From: Oscillospiraceae bacterium
Lineage (GTDB): Bacteria; Bacillota; Clostridia; UBA1381; UMGS1253
DNA: 64,000 bases
Assembly (NCBI GenBank): GCA_015068725.1
Contig: SVKA01000002.1
Coordinates: forward strand, 51,207-115,206
Reading direction: 5' to 3'
Part shown: in pieces, positions 38,282 to 48,527 of the stretch
How the letters are laid out: the number at the start of each line of letters is the position of its first letter
Position numbering within the stretch: the first letter of the stretch is position 1
Position numbers and translations under genes: made by a program
The notes under the pieces: model-generated
What the model saw: the letters and a program-made list of their open reading frames with translations, nothing else
Databases searched by the model: none
Told to the model about the DNA's origin: nothing

Positions 38282-40660
38282 TTATTTATAAAAAGTATCA
38301 ATCCACTTTATTTCGTTTTTGTTTACATAAAAGCTTACACTTCCACACTCATCGGTGCGAAACACATTAATCCCTTCGCGCTCAAAAAACCTCAGGGTAT
38401 AGCTTGAAGGCAAATCATAAATATTATCCTTGCCGACGCTTATCACGGCATATTTTGGTGCTACTGTTCTTATAAGCTTCGTCGGATTTGACTCCTCCGA
38501 GCCGTGATGCGCCGATTTTAAGACATCGGCTCTTATTTTATCTTTGTATTTGACAAGCTTGCCAATCGCCGCCTCTTCAATATCGCCCGTAAACAAAAAG
38601 CTCGTATCCCCATATGTAAGCTTTAAAACAAGCGACTTATCATTTTCGCTCATCATACGATTGTTGGCATTTTGCCGTGTCGGTGCAAAAGCTTCAAAGA
38701 CCGCATCTCCAAGCTCTAATACATCACCCTCTTTAAAGTATAACACATTAATTTTGTTTTGCACAATAATTTCTTCAATAATTTTTTTATATTCTGTATT
38801 TTTTCCATCCGCCCTGTATGGCAAAACAAGATTTTTCACCTTCATAACCCTCAAAGCCGCCGCAATTCCTTGTGCGTGGTCCTTATCATAGTGCGATAAA
38901 ATGGCATAATCTATCACATTTACACCGTTTCGGCGAATATATGGCACAAAAATTTCTTCTCCCAAATCCTTCTTGCTCAGAGCCGAGCTTCCGCCACCGT
39001 CAATCAAAACAGTTTTTCCGTGCGGAATTTTTATAAGCGCAGCGTCGCCCTGGCCTACATTTATAAAGCTTACACGCATAAGAGAGCTTGTGTATACACC
39101 GGCTACCGTTACACATATCACAAGTACAGTACAAATCATAACATATGTAAAATTATACCTTTTGTTTCCCTTTGTAAAATATACAAAAACAGACGCTAAA
39201 ATCAAATAGTATATGCACATAGAAAGTAAATTTGCAGAAAATATACTAATTTTAGCAAAAGGCAAAGCGGTTATAATATTTACAACGCCATTTATATACT
39301 TTATAAATATCTTTAAAATAAATGCTATGCACATTGGCAGGACGCTTCCCGCACCCGACAAAGCCACAAACACAAACCCAACTGCCAGCACGGGTGTAAT
39401 AACGGGAACAATCAACAAATTTGCCAAAAGCGAGTAAACAGACACTACATTAAAGTAATACGCCATAATCGGCAAAAGCAAAATCTGAGTCGAAAGCGTT
39501 ACACTTATGGCAGACGAAAGCTTTTTTAGCCTTACAATGCGTAGCAAATATTCGTTTATCATATCAGCAAACAACGCAATCCCAAGCACTGACGCAAACG
39601 AAAGCATAAAGCCCAAATCAAAAATTATATACGGATTTATAAAAAGCATTATAAACGCGGTTATGTAGAGTATATGCTCTTTGTCATAATCGCGGCTCAC
39701 AAGCTCGGAAAACATATAAAAGCAAAGCATGATAACGGCTCTTACAATCGAAGGCGTCATTGCCTGCAAAAACGCAAATATCCAAAGTGATATTCCCGTT
39801 ATCAGATACGTCCACTTCTTTTTAATTTTAAGCGCAAAGCAAAGCCACGTCAACACCGCAAATACGCATCCCGTATGAAGTCCCGACGCAACCGTAATAT
39901 GCACCATACCACTGTCTGACAGACGTGTGTAATGCTCATCGGTGAATGTTTTCTGGCTAAGAAGTATTCCTTTCAAAAGCGAAGTATCATCGCCACTAAA
40001 ATGTCTGTCAATCGCATCCGTACAGTATTTTCTTACCATCATCGCCAGGTCGCATATATTAAAATAGTTTATTTTATTACCGACAAGCTTGCTGTTATCA
40101 TATTCTCCCACAAGCTCAAAGAAAATCCCATCCGCCTTATTTGACGCGTTATAATTTACCTCTCCTTCATTAAGTGGCTTTGACGTTTCGCCAAGAGCTG
40201 CCCGAAGCGTTAAAACATCTCCATAATTATACTTTTCACACTTCGAGCGTTGTCCATATTTTTTGAGTGAAAGCTTTACCTTTTCCTTACCGCCCGAAAT
40301 CTCACTCTTGCTTTTGACAGTAATGTCGGATATCTCAAACTCATAATAATCATAATATTCATTATCCTTGTCAAACACCTTTACAACGCGTCCCGTAGCA
40401 GTCATATTTTTGCCTGCCAAATGACGCAGCGCATTCGTTTTATCGTAATTGAAGAAGGATGTATAAGCTACACCGAAAATAAAAAAGCCGCACATCAAAA
40501 ATGCAAGGAGCTTCTTCCTTGCATTAAACACAAAATTTCTTATACATACCGTCAAGGCAAAACAAATGCACACAAAAACAAGTGCCGATACACCAATAGC
40601 TTCAAACGCCAAAATACCAAAAATATATGCTATCAGCGAAAATATTACCATTCTTTTCAA
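38282..40660 (-). CDS. comEC: DNA internalisation competence protein ComEC/Rec2
   Basis: 792 aa. Polytopic competence domain plus a C-terminal metallo-beta-lactamase domain (ILSHYDKDHAQG ... SAHHGS). Confidence 0.9.
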   Translation of the reverse strand: MKRMVIFSLIAYIFGILAFEAIGVSALVFVCICFALTVCIRNFVFNARKKLLAFLMCGFFIFGVAYTSFFNYDKTNALRHLAGKNMTATGRVVKVFDKDNEYYDYYEFEISDITVKSKSEISGGKEKVKLSLKKYGQRSKCEKYNYGDVLTLRAALGETSKPLNEGEVNYNASNKADGIFFELVGEYDNSKLVGNKINYFNICDLAMMVRKYCTDAIDRHFSGDDTSLLKGILLSQKTFTDEHYTRLSDSGMVHITVASGLHTGCVFAVLTWLCFALKIKKKWTYLITGISLWIFAFLQAMTPSIVRAVIMLCFYMFSELVSRDYDKEHILYITAFIMLFINPYIIFDLGFMLSFASVLGIALFADMINEYLLRIVRLKKLSSAISVTLSTQILLLPIMAYYFNVVSVYSLLANLLIVPVITPVLAVGFVFVALSGAGSVLPMCIAFILKIFIKYINGVVNIITALPFAKISIFSANLLSMCIYYLILASVFVYFTKGNKRYNFTYVMICTVLVICVTVAGVYTSSLMRVSFINVGQGDAALIKIPHGKTVLIDGGGSSALSKKDLGEEIFVPYIRRNGVNVIDYAILSHYDKDHAQGIAAALRVMKVKNLVLPYRADGKNTEYKKIIEEIIVQNKINVLYFKEGDVLELGDAVFEAFAPTRQNANNRMMSENDKSLVLKLTYGDTSFLFTGDIEEAAIGKLVKYKDKIRADVLKSAHHGSEESNPTKLIRTVAPKYAVISVGKDNIYDLPSSYTLRFFEREGINVFRTDECGSVSFYVNKNEIKWIDTFYK

Positions 40661-40702
40661 TGCAAATCACCACAAAAATCTTACTCTTTTTCCGAAAACT
40701 GC

Positions 40703-40870
40703 CTATAGCTCGATTTTTCCGTTTTCTTTTTCAAATTCAATAATTCTCTTCTTTATCATTTGTTCAAGCTCTTTATTTTTTGTTCTTCCCTCATATTCTG
40801 CAATATATCCAAATTTATCAAGTAAAGACTGACTGATGCGAAGAGTATATCTTGACAGAGAATCTTTCAT
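40703..40870 (-). CDS. Ribbon-helix-helix (Arc/CopG-like) DNA-binding protein, 55 aa
   Basis: MKDSLSRYTLRISQSLLDKFGYIAEYEGRTKNKELEQMIKKRI shows a beta-strand (YTLRIS) followed by two helices, as in RHH repressors and antitoxins. AAAGGGGA RBS 8 nt upstream of the ATG at 40868-40870. The track's longer start covers that RBS. Confidence 0.6.
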   Translation of the reverse strand: MKDSLSRYTLRISQSLLDKFGYIAEYEGRTKNKELEQMIKKRIIEFEKENGKIEL

Positions 40871-40975
40871 AAATATATCCCCTTTCGACAAATCTATGAC
40901 TTAATTATATCGTCAAATTTTAGTCATTTTTTATTTTGACGCAATAAGGGCGAATTTATGACGCATATTTTCCGT

Positions 40976-41010
40976 CTAAAAATAAAGAACAGGCTATAAA
41001 ACCTGTTCTT
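40976..41010 (-). terminator. Intrinsic terminator after the NlpC/P60 gene
   Basis: Minus strand: AAGAACAGG-TTTTATAG-CCTGTTCTT, then TATTTTTAG. Confidence 0.65.
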
Positions 41011-41027
41011 AAAATTTTAATTAAAAA

Positions 41028-41921
41028 CTAAAATATTCTTCTTGCACCAACATATGTTGATGCGTAGTAACCCGAATTAATTGTTTCTACTCTTACTCTC
41101 TGTCCCGAGTACGGCGCATGAACCATATTGCCGTCGCCGACATAAATACCAACATGGCCTATTCCACTGCCATATGTATTAAACAACACCAAATCACCCG
41201 GCAAAAGCTCGCTCTTTTTTACCGATATGCCGTTTGATGCCTGACCTGCTGCTGTACGGTTAAGAGTTACGCCAAGCTGTCTGTAAACATAAGAAGTAAA
41301 TCCCGAACAGTCAAAACCTCTCGGGCTTGAACCGCCATATACATACGGCGTACCTATATACTTCATAGCCTCTTCAACAACCTGTGGTGCACCAGAAGGT
41401 GTATTATACTCCTCCTGCGAAATAGCATCTACATACTCGTTATATACATAGCGCTCAACATCATCGCTATCTTTTACAATGAAAAAGCCGTTTTCTTCAC
41501 CATATATAACGTACTTTGTACCCTTACAAACAGTATCAACAATCGCAGAGTCAAACGAAGCACCATTTCTTACATTAAGCGTACCGACATTAGTTTTTCC
41601 ATAAATCACACCATCGAAATAAATCTTTTCCTTTGATGTATCTTTCACGGTAGAAAGCTTGATATACTCTTTCGCAACATAAGCGTATCTGTCGCCATAA
41701 TTGATAACATACCAAGCACTTTCTTCGCAATCATACGCATTAACCATTGTATCTTTATTAAGTTGTCCTATAATATCAGCATCATATGACGGATTTTGTC
41801 TTACATTGAGCACGCTTGCGGTAACAACACCATCACGCGCAAAGGCAACCGCTCCAAGCAACACAGACGATGCAATTACGCCCACCACAGCCACGCTGAT
41901 TATCTTATGTAAAAATCTCAT
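41028..41921 (-). CDS. NlpC/P60 (C40) cell-wall peptidase with N-terminal SH3b domains
   Basis: Signal or anchor sequence, two SH3b-like repeats (VLNVRQNPS..., TLNVRNGASFDS...), then the catalytic GFDCSGFTSYVYRQLG ... GHVGIYVG ... H. ATG at 41919-41921 lies 7 nt after GGAGG. Confidence 0.9.
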   Translation of the reverse strand: MRFLHKIISVAVVGVIASSVLLGAVAFARDGVVTASVLNVRQNPSYDADIIGQLNKDTMVNAYDCEESAWYVINYGDRYAYVAKEYIKLSTVKDTSKEKIYFDGVIYGKTNVGTLNVRNGASFDSAIVDTVCKGTKYVIYGEENGFFIVKDSDDVERYVYNEYVDAISQEEYNTPSGAPQVVEEAMKYIGTPYVYGGSSPRGFDCSGFTSYVYRQLGVTLNRTAAGQASNGISVKKSELLPGDLVLFNTYGSGIGHVGIYVGDGNMVHAPYSGQRVRVETINSGYYASTYVGARRIF

Positions 41922-41964
41922 TACCAAACCTCCGGGGAAACCTCATTTCTGTTCTATGTTTTAT

Positions 41965-41993
41965 ATTGTACTACATTTTTAGTCTTTTGTCAA
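41965..41993 (-). promoter_or_regulatory. Sigma-A promoter for the NlpC/P60 gene
   Basis: Minus strand: TTGACA, 17 nt, TACAAT. This leaves only a ~37-nt 5' UTR. Confidence 0.6.
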
Positions 41994-42409
41994 ACGTTTT
42001 TAATAACTATTTTAAAATTTTGTAATATTTTTTAACATTTATTCATAGACTGATATTTTGTTCTGACTTTTTCCTTAGCCAAACGCCCAAAAAACCTGAT
42101 ATACCTATATTTTTTGACCGCCTCATCTTTTCACCACAAAATATGGTATGGCATATTTTGTATCTTGCAAGCCACCTAATTATCTCAATTCATAGCAAAA
42201 CGCAACTGATTTTTGACATTTTTCGTAATAATTGTAACAATTTATTCTACGCTCATTACATCTAAAATGACACAAAGTTTTTAAAAACTTTTGTAACCCT
42301 GCCAAATATTTAAGGTTTTTTTACATTAAAAGGTGGATTTTTTACATTTACTTAATGACATACTATGTTATAATTTGTATGACATTATTTATTGGGGGTA
42401 ATCATTTAT

Positions 42410-43285
42410 ATGGGTATTTTGTTTGTCTTTCTCCATTTGGCATTTGGCCAAGGCGAATCAATGACTGTAAAAGAACACGGCAAAAGATATAAAAAAGGTG
42501 GGACGTTTTTTAATGCAAGCATCTGTTTTTTTGCATTGATTTATACCATCGTATCCGAATTCTTTGCCAAAGACGGTTTATTCTTTTTCCCGACAAAAAT
42601 CTGGATATACGGCATCGCCAGCGGAATTTGTTATGCAATAGGTTTTTATGGTGCATATCTGGCATTCAAGCTCGGCTCCTTTGGAAAAACAAAACTTATA
42701 TCAACTTTCGGACTCGTCCTGCCAATATTTTATGGAGTTGTATTTTTGAAAGAAACAACAACAATTTATACATACATATCGCTTGCATTGATTGCTTTGT
42801 CTGTATTTTTGATGAACTACAAAACTCTCGAAGATGATACCAAAGCCCATAACACAAAAAAATGGATTTTCTGGATTATAACTTATGTTTTGGCAAACTT
42901 TGCAATTTCAATTCTATCAAAGCATCAACAACTGACATTTGGCTCAGTTTGCAACAACGAATTTATTATGATATCGTACGCCGTAGCAACGATATCACTG
43001 CTGATATTAGGTTTTGTATGCGAGAGTGAAAAATTATCAAATACATTTAAAAACGGCTTTACGTATGGTATACTTGCAGGCGCTTTTAACGGGGCAAGGA
43101 ATTTTTTTCACATAAGAGCGTATATGTATCTTCCGCTCTCTATTATATCGCCTATATCAACTGCGCTCGGAATAGTAATAAGCTTTGTAATATCAGTAGT
43201 TGTTTATAAAGAAAAGTTTACATTTATCCAATACATAAGCGCTTTTATAGGCATAATAGCCGCAGTTTTACTTAATATAAAATAG
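42410..43285 (+). CDS. EamA/DMT superfamily transporter
   Basis: About 10 TM helices arranged as two EamA-like halves. ATG at 42410 follows GGGGGT; the track start TTG at 42392 overlaps that RBS. Confidence 0.75.
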   Translation: MGILFVFLHLAFGQGESMTVKEHGKRYKKGGTFFNASICFFALIYTIVSEFFAKDGLFFFPTKIWIYGIASGICYAIGFYGAYLAFKLGSFGKTKLISTFGLVLPIFYGVVFLKETTTIYTYISLALIALSVFLMNYKTLEDDTKAHNTKKWIFWIITYVLANFAISILSKHQQLTFGSVCNNEFIMISYAVATISLLILGFVCESEKLSNTFKNGFTYGILAGAFNGARNFFHIRAYMYLPLSIISPISTALGIVISFVISVVVYKEKFTFIQYISAFIGIIAAVLLNIK

Positions 43286-43298
43286 TTATAACAAATAC

Positions 43299-43340
43299 AA
43301 AAAATCGGGATGCAAATTTGCATCCCGATTTTATTTTTTT
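43299..43340. terminator. Bidirectional terminator
   Basis: AAAATCGGGATGCAAA / TTTGCATCCCGATTTT perfect palindrome followed by a T-run. Confidence 0.75.
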
Positions 43341-43349
43341 GTTCAAATA

Positions 43350-43649
43350 TCAAACGTGCGACAATGCATCCTCAAGCCAGAACACACCAACGTCAAGTGC
43401 TGACCAAAGCTCATCACGTTCAGCCTTTTTTATCAGCTTGTTTTTCGGATTAAGGTATTTGTCATTTTGCTGAAGCTGCACCGAAACGTGTCCCGCAACC
43501 TCTGTTTCGCCATTTTTTTCAAAATTGCTCAGCACAAACGAAACAATGTACTTATCACTTGGATTACCATAATAAATCATATTTCCCTGACGCACAAGCG
43601 GTTTTCCCTTATACATCAAAAGCTTATTCTTACTCTTTTTTTCAGCCAT
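43350..43649 (-). CDS. Hypothetical 99-aa soluble protein
   Basis: AGGGAGAA RBS before the ATG at 43647-43649 (MAEKKSKNKLLMYKGKPLVRQGNMIYYG...). No family recognised. Appears to have its own promoter (TAGACA, 17 nt, TAAAAT). Confidence 0.6.
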   Translation of the reverse strand: MAEKKSKNKLLMYKGKPLVRQGNMIYYGNPSDKYIVSFVLSNFEKNGETEVAGHVSVQLQQNDKYLNPKNKLIKKAERDELWSALDVGVFWLEDALSHV

Positions 43650-43752
43650 AATATTCTCCCTTCTGCCGCTATGTGCAGGCCATACCACTATCAACCAAAT
43701 TTTATTTCATAAATATATTTTAACATAGCAAACATTCATTGTCTACCAAAAT

Positions 43753-44877
43753 TTATATTTTTCTGCCTTTTATAAAAACGTCTTTGATGTCAAGCTTGTT
43801 TGTAGCAATAACAAAATCTGCATCCTTGCCCTCTTTTATGCTTCCTATACTTCCCGAAAGTCCTATCTGACGCGCAGGATTATAAGATGCCATTTTAACT
43901 GCATCTTCAAGCCTTACGCCCCACGAAGCCATATTTTTGACGCAGTCCCAGAGCGATGCCATACCACCGCAGATAGTGCCGTCTGCCTGTCTTGCAACGC
44001 CGTCCTTGACAACGACCTCATATCCGCCAAAATCATACACTCCTTCACCAAGGCCTGCTGCATTAACACTGTCATTTATCAAAATCATTCTATCAGGGCC
44101 AAACAGCTTATACGCCATCATAGCGGTTGTGCTTTTTACGTGCAAGCCATCGCCAATAAGCTCAACCATAGCGCCACCATCATACGCCGCCTCAATAAGA
44201 TGCAAATCTCTGTGATGCACAGACGGCATGGCATTAAACAAATGCGTAACCTGACTTGCCCCATTTTCAAACGCACTCATACAGGTCTCATAATCAGCAT
44301 TTGAATGTCCAAGCGAAATACAAACCTTGCGGGCATATTTTCTTATAAACTCATCGCTTCCATCAAGCTCGGGCGCAATTGTAACAAGCCGTATATTGCC
44401 ACCCGCTGCCTCCTGCACCGTGTCAAAATCAAGCTCCTTTGACGTGCAAAGCCAGTCAGGTCTGTGAGCGCCTTTATACCTTTCCGACAAATACGGACCT
44501 TCCATATTTATTCCAACAACCGACGCGCCATCCACACCGCGCTCTATAGCCTTATTAATTCTTTCCATAGCCGAGCATAAAACGCTCTGCGGCGCAGTCA
44601 TAACCGTAGGTAAAAAAGACGTCGTACCCGTTTTTGCCCAGTACTTGCTCATAGCATTAATGCCTTTATAATTACACTCCGTAGCATCATAGCCCATAGC
44701 CCCGTGAGTATGTATATTCACAAGTCCCGGCAAAAGATAACATTCATCTGCGTCTATAATATCTCCCAGAAAAAGCTTTGGTGCAATTTTAACGATTTTT
44801 TTATCCTCAACCGCTATATCGGTCTTTTCAAATATAAAATTTTCATTCAAAACATTGGCATTTTTTATAGTATACAT
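43753..44877 (-). CDS. nagA: N-acetylglucosamine-6-phosphate deacetylase
   Basis: LPGLVNIHTHG, NMEGPYLS, SLGHSNA and VTHLFNAM motifs. Confidence 0.9.
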   Translation of the reverse strand: MYTIKNANVLNENFIFEKTDIAVEDKKIVKIAPKLFLGDIIDADECYLLPGLVNIHTHGAMGYDATECNYKGINAMSKYWAKTGTTSFLPTVMTAPQSVLCSAMERINKAIERGVDGASVVGINMEGPYLSERYKGAHRPDWLCTSKELDFDTVQEAAGGNIRLVTIAPELDGSDEFIRKYARKVCISLGHSNADYETCMSAFENGASQVTHLFNAMPSVHHRDLHLIEAAYDGGAMVELIGDGLHVKSTTAMMAYKLFGPDRMILINDSVNAAGLGEGVYDFGGYEVVVKDGVARQADGTICGGMASLWDCVKNMASWGVRLEDAVKMASYNPARQIGLSGSIGSIKEGKDADFVIATNKLDIKDVFIKGRKI

Positions 44878-44903
44878 ATTATTTCTCCGTTATGTAAGCA
44901 TAT

Positions 44904-46172
44904 TTATATTTCTTTATCCGCAAGTTGTCTTGATGATAAAACAAGCATAACCCACGAAAGCATCTGCAATATTCCAAAAATAATCATTGTATAAATCAGC
45001 CATGTTGTTTCCTTTAAAACAAACATAATTGTAAATACGCCTATAATACGTCCGATGTTTATATAAAATTCACGCACCGACAAAATTTCAAGATTTTTTC
45101 GGCTTGCATGGGGCATTTTATACGCCGCATCATAAAACGCCGAGAAAAGCACCGTAACAAAAAAGCCTTGTATAAGTGCACTTAAAATACCATAAGAAAA
45201 AAGTGTCAGCATATTAAAGCCTCTTATGAGTATAAAGCCTGACAACGCATATAAAACGCATGCCAAAAATGCAAATCCCATTCTCTTTTTATGTATAATA
45301 TGCGACTGTGGCAGATAGGAAAGCAGCATCTGTACAAGTGCATATATAAACATATATATACCCACGCCGACATTGGACATTTCAAGCGTGAAAATCAAAA
45401 GCGGAATCAAAAACATCGAAACGCCATCACGAATTCCGTTTACAGCATCACAAACGGCGCACATACGCATAGACTTATTCTTTACCGAAAATACAAACAC
45501 ATTTCCAAACTGCGTAGCACCCTTTTTTCCGTCCTGATACGTCAGCGAAAAACAGCTTATAACAGCTATTATCAATACAATAAGCGATATAACAAACAAC
45601 GCAACAAAACCATTAATTCCACCAATCAAAGATGCAAGCACGCCTGATATAAGCGGCGATAAAACAGCAGAAGCAGAATTTATTATTCCCTGAATAAAAA
45701 GATAATATCCTCTGCCCTCCGAGCTTGTAACATACATAACACCGCTACTGTAATTAAGATTAAAAAACGCGTTGCCCATGCCGCTGAGTATTCCCAAAAG
45801 CCAGATATAATTCACGCATGAGCTTTTCATAGAAAGCAGTAATATATAAAGCAGCGTATGCAAAATAAGGCCTGTAAAAATAAGCGTACGCGAGCTTACC
45901 GCTTTGCCTATAATTCCCGTTACAACAGAAAAAAACGCCATCGCACCGTACATACAAAGATTATAATACGCCACCGCTATTAATCCCGACGCAACCTCAC
46001 CGCTCGCATAAGCGCATAAATATATAAACGTATTTATAAATATTCCCGAAAATGCCGACGCCACAAAAAACAAAGACACCGTCGACAAAAACAGCTTCTG
46101 TTCACGCATCAAAAATCCACCCGCAAAAAACGTGGCAATTTTCGTTTTGATGCGTTTAAAGTAAGCACTCAT
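44904..46172 (-). CDS. MFS transporter
   Basis: About 12 TM helices, immediately upstream of nagA. ATG at 46170-46172 follows GGGGGA. The track start is 7 codons longer. Confidence 0.8.
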   Translation of the reverse strand: MSAYFKRIKTKIATFFAGGFLMREQKLFLSTVSLFFVASAFSGIFINTFIYLCAYASGEVASGLIAVAYYNLCMYGAMAFFSVVTGIIGKAVSSRTLIFTGLILHTLLYILLLSMKSSCVNYIWLLGILSGMGNAFFNLNYSSGVMYVTSSEGRGYYLFIQGIINSASAVLSPLISGVLASLIGGINGFVALFVISLIVLIIAVISCFSLTYQDGKKGATQFGNVFVFSVKNKSMRMCAVCDAVNGIRDGVSMFLIPLLIFTLEMSNVGVGIYMFIYALVQMLLSYLPQSHIIHKKRMGFAFLACVLYALSGFILIRGFNMLTLFSYGILSALIQGFFVTVLFSAFYDAAYKMPHASRKNLEILSVREFYINIGRIIGVFTIMFVLKETTWLIYTMIIFGILQMLSWVMLVLSSRQLADKEI

Positions 46173-46228
46173 AATAATCCCCCAATTAGACATAGCATAC
46201 CATAGGCAGTATGTCCTTATCTACCATC

Positions 46229-46264
46229 AAATGCGCAGCCGCTTATATGTGCTGCTGCGCATTT
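46229..46264 (-). terminator. Hairpin downstream of the DUF1858 gene
   Basis: 11-bp stem AAATGCGCAGC / GCTGCGCATTT with a 14-nt loop. The T-run is weak. Confidence 0.45.
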
Positions 46265-46275
46265 GTGTAGTAAAT

Positions 46276-46476
46276 TTACATATTTTCAAGATATTCGTTA
46301 ATGCTTTTTACAAGCTCATCAGGGTCTACGCCATGAACAGCGCACGCCTCTTCTATGGATTCACCGCTCGCTGACGGACAACCAAGACAATGCATTCCCA
46401 TATTAAGGAAAAACTGTGCCGTTGTCGGTTCAAGCTTTAACACATCGAAAATAATCATATCCTTTGTAACCTTCAT
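46276..46476 (-). CDS. DUF1858 / hybrid-cluster-protein-associated redox disulfide domain protein
   Basis: 66 aa. FLNMGMHCLGCPSASGESIEEACAVHGVD is the family CxxC core. Confidence 0.75.
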   Translation of the reverse strand: MKVTKDMIIFDVLKLEPTTAQFFLNMGMHCLGCPSASGESIEEACAVHGVDPDELVKSINEYLENM

Positions 46477-46510
46477 AATAAAACCCTCCTGATTTATAAT
46501 AATTCAATTT

Positions 46511-48445
46511 TTACGCATTTTCACTATTTTCAGTTTGCACCTGTACGTCTTGTGCATCATTTTCCGTCTGGCTCTTTACATCATCAAGAGCTATATTATC
46601 AAAAAGCTTTTCAAACTCAGCTCCCGATATTTTTTCTCTCTCGATAAGAGCATTTGCAACTCTTGTTAGCGTTTCAAAGTCAGAGCGCAAAATTTCTTCG
46701 CATTTTTTATAGCACGAATCAACAATATCTCTGATTTCTTCGTCGATACGCGCCGCAACCTCTTCGCTGTAATTTTTCGACTGAGCCAAATCACGTCCGA
46801 TAAATACCTCGTGCGCCGAGCCACCATAATTAATCGGTCCAAGCTTGTCGCTCATACCATACTGCATAACCATTTTTCTCGCAATTTCGGTAGCGCGCTC
46901 AATGTCGTTGGACGCTCCCGAGCTTATGTCATCAAGCGAAATCTTTTCTGCAACACGTCCACCCAAAAGCACGATAATATTTTCAATCATCTCTGTCTTT
47001 GATGTATACCATTTATCCTCGCTCGGCAAATGCATCGTATAACCGCCCGCCATACCGCGCGGTATTATAGATACTTCATGCACAGGATCTTGTGTCGGCA
47101 AATGCTTTGTAATAACAGCGTGGCCCGCCTCGTGATATGCAGTAAGCTTCTTTTCATGCTCAGTAATCTTTCTTGACTTTTTCTCAGTACCCATCACAAC
47201 CTTGAGCATTGCATCTTCAAGGTGAGCGATGTGTATCTTGGGTGCATTTTCACGTGCTGCCAGAAGCGCCGCCTCGTTCATAAGATTTTCAAGGTCTGCC
47301 CCCGTAAAACCTGCCGTAGTCTTTGCAATAACAGATAAATCCACGTCCTCACCAATCGGCTTGCCTCTTGAATGAACCTTCAAGATAGCCTCTCTGCCTA
47401 CTACATCAGGAACACCTACAACAACCTGTCTGTCAAATCGGCCCGGACGCAGAAGCGCAGGGTCTAATATGTCAGGTCTGTTTGTTGCAGCCAATATAAT
47501 AACGCCCGCATTTTCTCCAAAACCATCCATCTCAACGAGCAACTGGTTAAGTGTCTGCTCTCTTTCATCGTGTCCGCCACCAAGACCGGCTCCACGCTGA
47601 CGTCCAACCGCATCAATCTCATCGATAAATACGATACACGGGCTGTTTTTCTTTGCCTGCTCAAATAAATCACGCACTCTTGATGCGCCCACGCCGACAA
47701 ACATCTCGACAAAGTCAGAACCACTTATGCTAAAGAATGGTACTCCTGCCTCACCTGCAACAGCCTTTGCCAAAAGTGTTTTACCCGTTCCGGGAGGTCC
47801 AACCAAAAGCACACCGCGCGGAATACGCGCACCAAGGTCAATATACTTTTTGGGATATCTTAAAAAGTCGACAATCTCTTCAAGCTCTGCCTTTTCCTCA
47901 TCGGCACCGGCAACATCTGAAAAAAGCACCTTTTTCCCGTTTGCACCCGTAGAAACTTTTGCGCGGCTTTTGCCAAAAGACATTGCCTTTCCTCCGCCGC
48001 CCGAATTTTGCATAAAGAAAATATAAATAAAAATCAAAAGTCCTACTGTACCAAGCACAGGAAGCAAAGACACCCACCAGGGCTGGCTTACAGGCGCCTG
48101 TGTATCATATTTAAGCTTACCCTCTCTTACCTGCGCTCTTATTGTATCCCCCAAATCCTGCTCAAATACAAGCATATTCGGAATATCAACCTCTATCTTA
48201 TCGACCTTATCGCTGATTACCTTGCCATTCATATCAGTAATCTTAATAGGCTCAGAAAGCTTTGCTACTGCGGTGTTTTCAATAACTGTAAGCTCTACAA
48301 CTCTTCCTGACTCAACCTCGCGAATCAAATCGGAATAAACCTTTTTGACAGACGCAGACTGCGTGCCCGAAAGCGCATATACCAATATTAATAACACGGC
48401 AAACAAAGCCATATAAAAGCCAAAGCTTTTTAAATGTTTTTTCAA
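46511..48445 (-). CDS. ftsH: ATP-dependent zinc metalloprotease FtsH
   Basis: Two TM helices, AAA+ Walker [14 protein letters not shown], Walker [10 protein letters not shown], the SRH, and the HEAGHA zinc motif. TTG start after AAGGAG. Confidence 0.97.
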   Translation of the reverse strand: MKKHLKSFGFYMALFAVLLILVYALSGTQSASVKKVYSDLIREVESGRVVELTVIENTAVAKLSEPIKITDMNGKVISDKVDKIEVDIPNMLVFEQDLGDTIRAQVREGKLKYDTQAPVSQPWWVSLLPVLGTVGLLIFIYIFFMQNSGGGGKAMSFGKSRAKVSTGANGKKVLFSDVAGADEEKAELEEIVDFLRYPKKYIDLGARIPRGVLLVGPPGTGKTLLAKAVAGEAGVPFFSISGSDFVEMFVGVGASRVRDLFEQAKKNSPCIVFIDEIDAVGRQRGAGLGGGHDEREQTLNQLLVEMDGFGENAGVIILAATNRPDILDPALLRPGRFDRQVVVGVPDVVGREAILKVHSRGKPIGEDVDLSVIAKTTAGFTGADLENLMNEAALLAARENAPKIHIAHLEDAMLKVVMGTEKKSRKITEHEKKLTAYHEAGHAVITKHLPTQDPVHEVSIIPRGMAGGYTMHLPSEDKWYTSKTEMIENIIVLLGGRVAEKISLDDISSGASNDIERATEIARKMVMQYGMSDKLGPINYGGSAHEVFIGRDLAQSKNYSEEVAARIDEEIRDIVDSCYKKCEEILRSDFETLTRVANALIEREKISGAEFEKLFDNIALDDVKSQTENDAQDVQVQTENSENA

Positions 48446-48527
48446 GCTATCAACTCCTTTTCCTCGTAGAATATATTATCATAAATGCCGTTTTAATACA
48501 ACCTTCTTTACAAAATGTTCAAACTTT

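Noticed and set aside
40703-40870. RHH protein as the antitoxin of a type II toxin-antitoxin module
   Set aside because: There is no adjacent small toxin-like ORF on either side. The downstream gene is comEC and upstream is a terminator.
41922-42100. Cyclic-di-AMP (ydaO-type) or other riboswitch upstream of the NlpC/P60 hydrolase
   Set aside because: A near-consensus promoter at 41965-41993 leaves only a ~37-nt 5' UTR. I could not see the conserved ydaO core elements in the upstream sequence. A covariance-model scan would be the definitive test.
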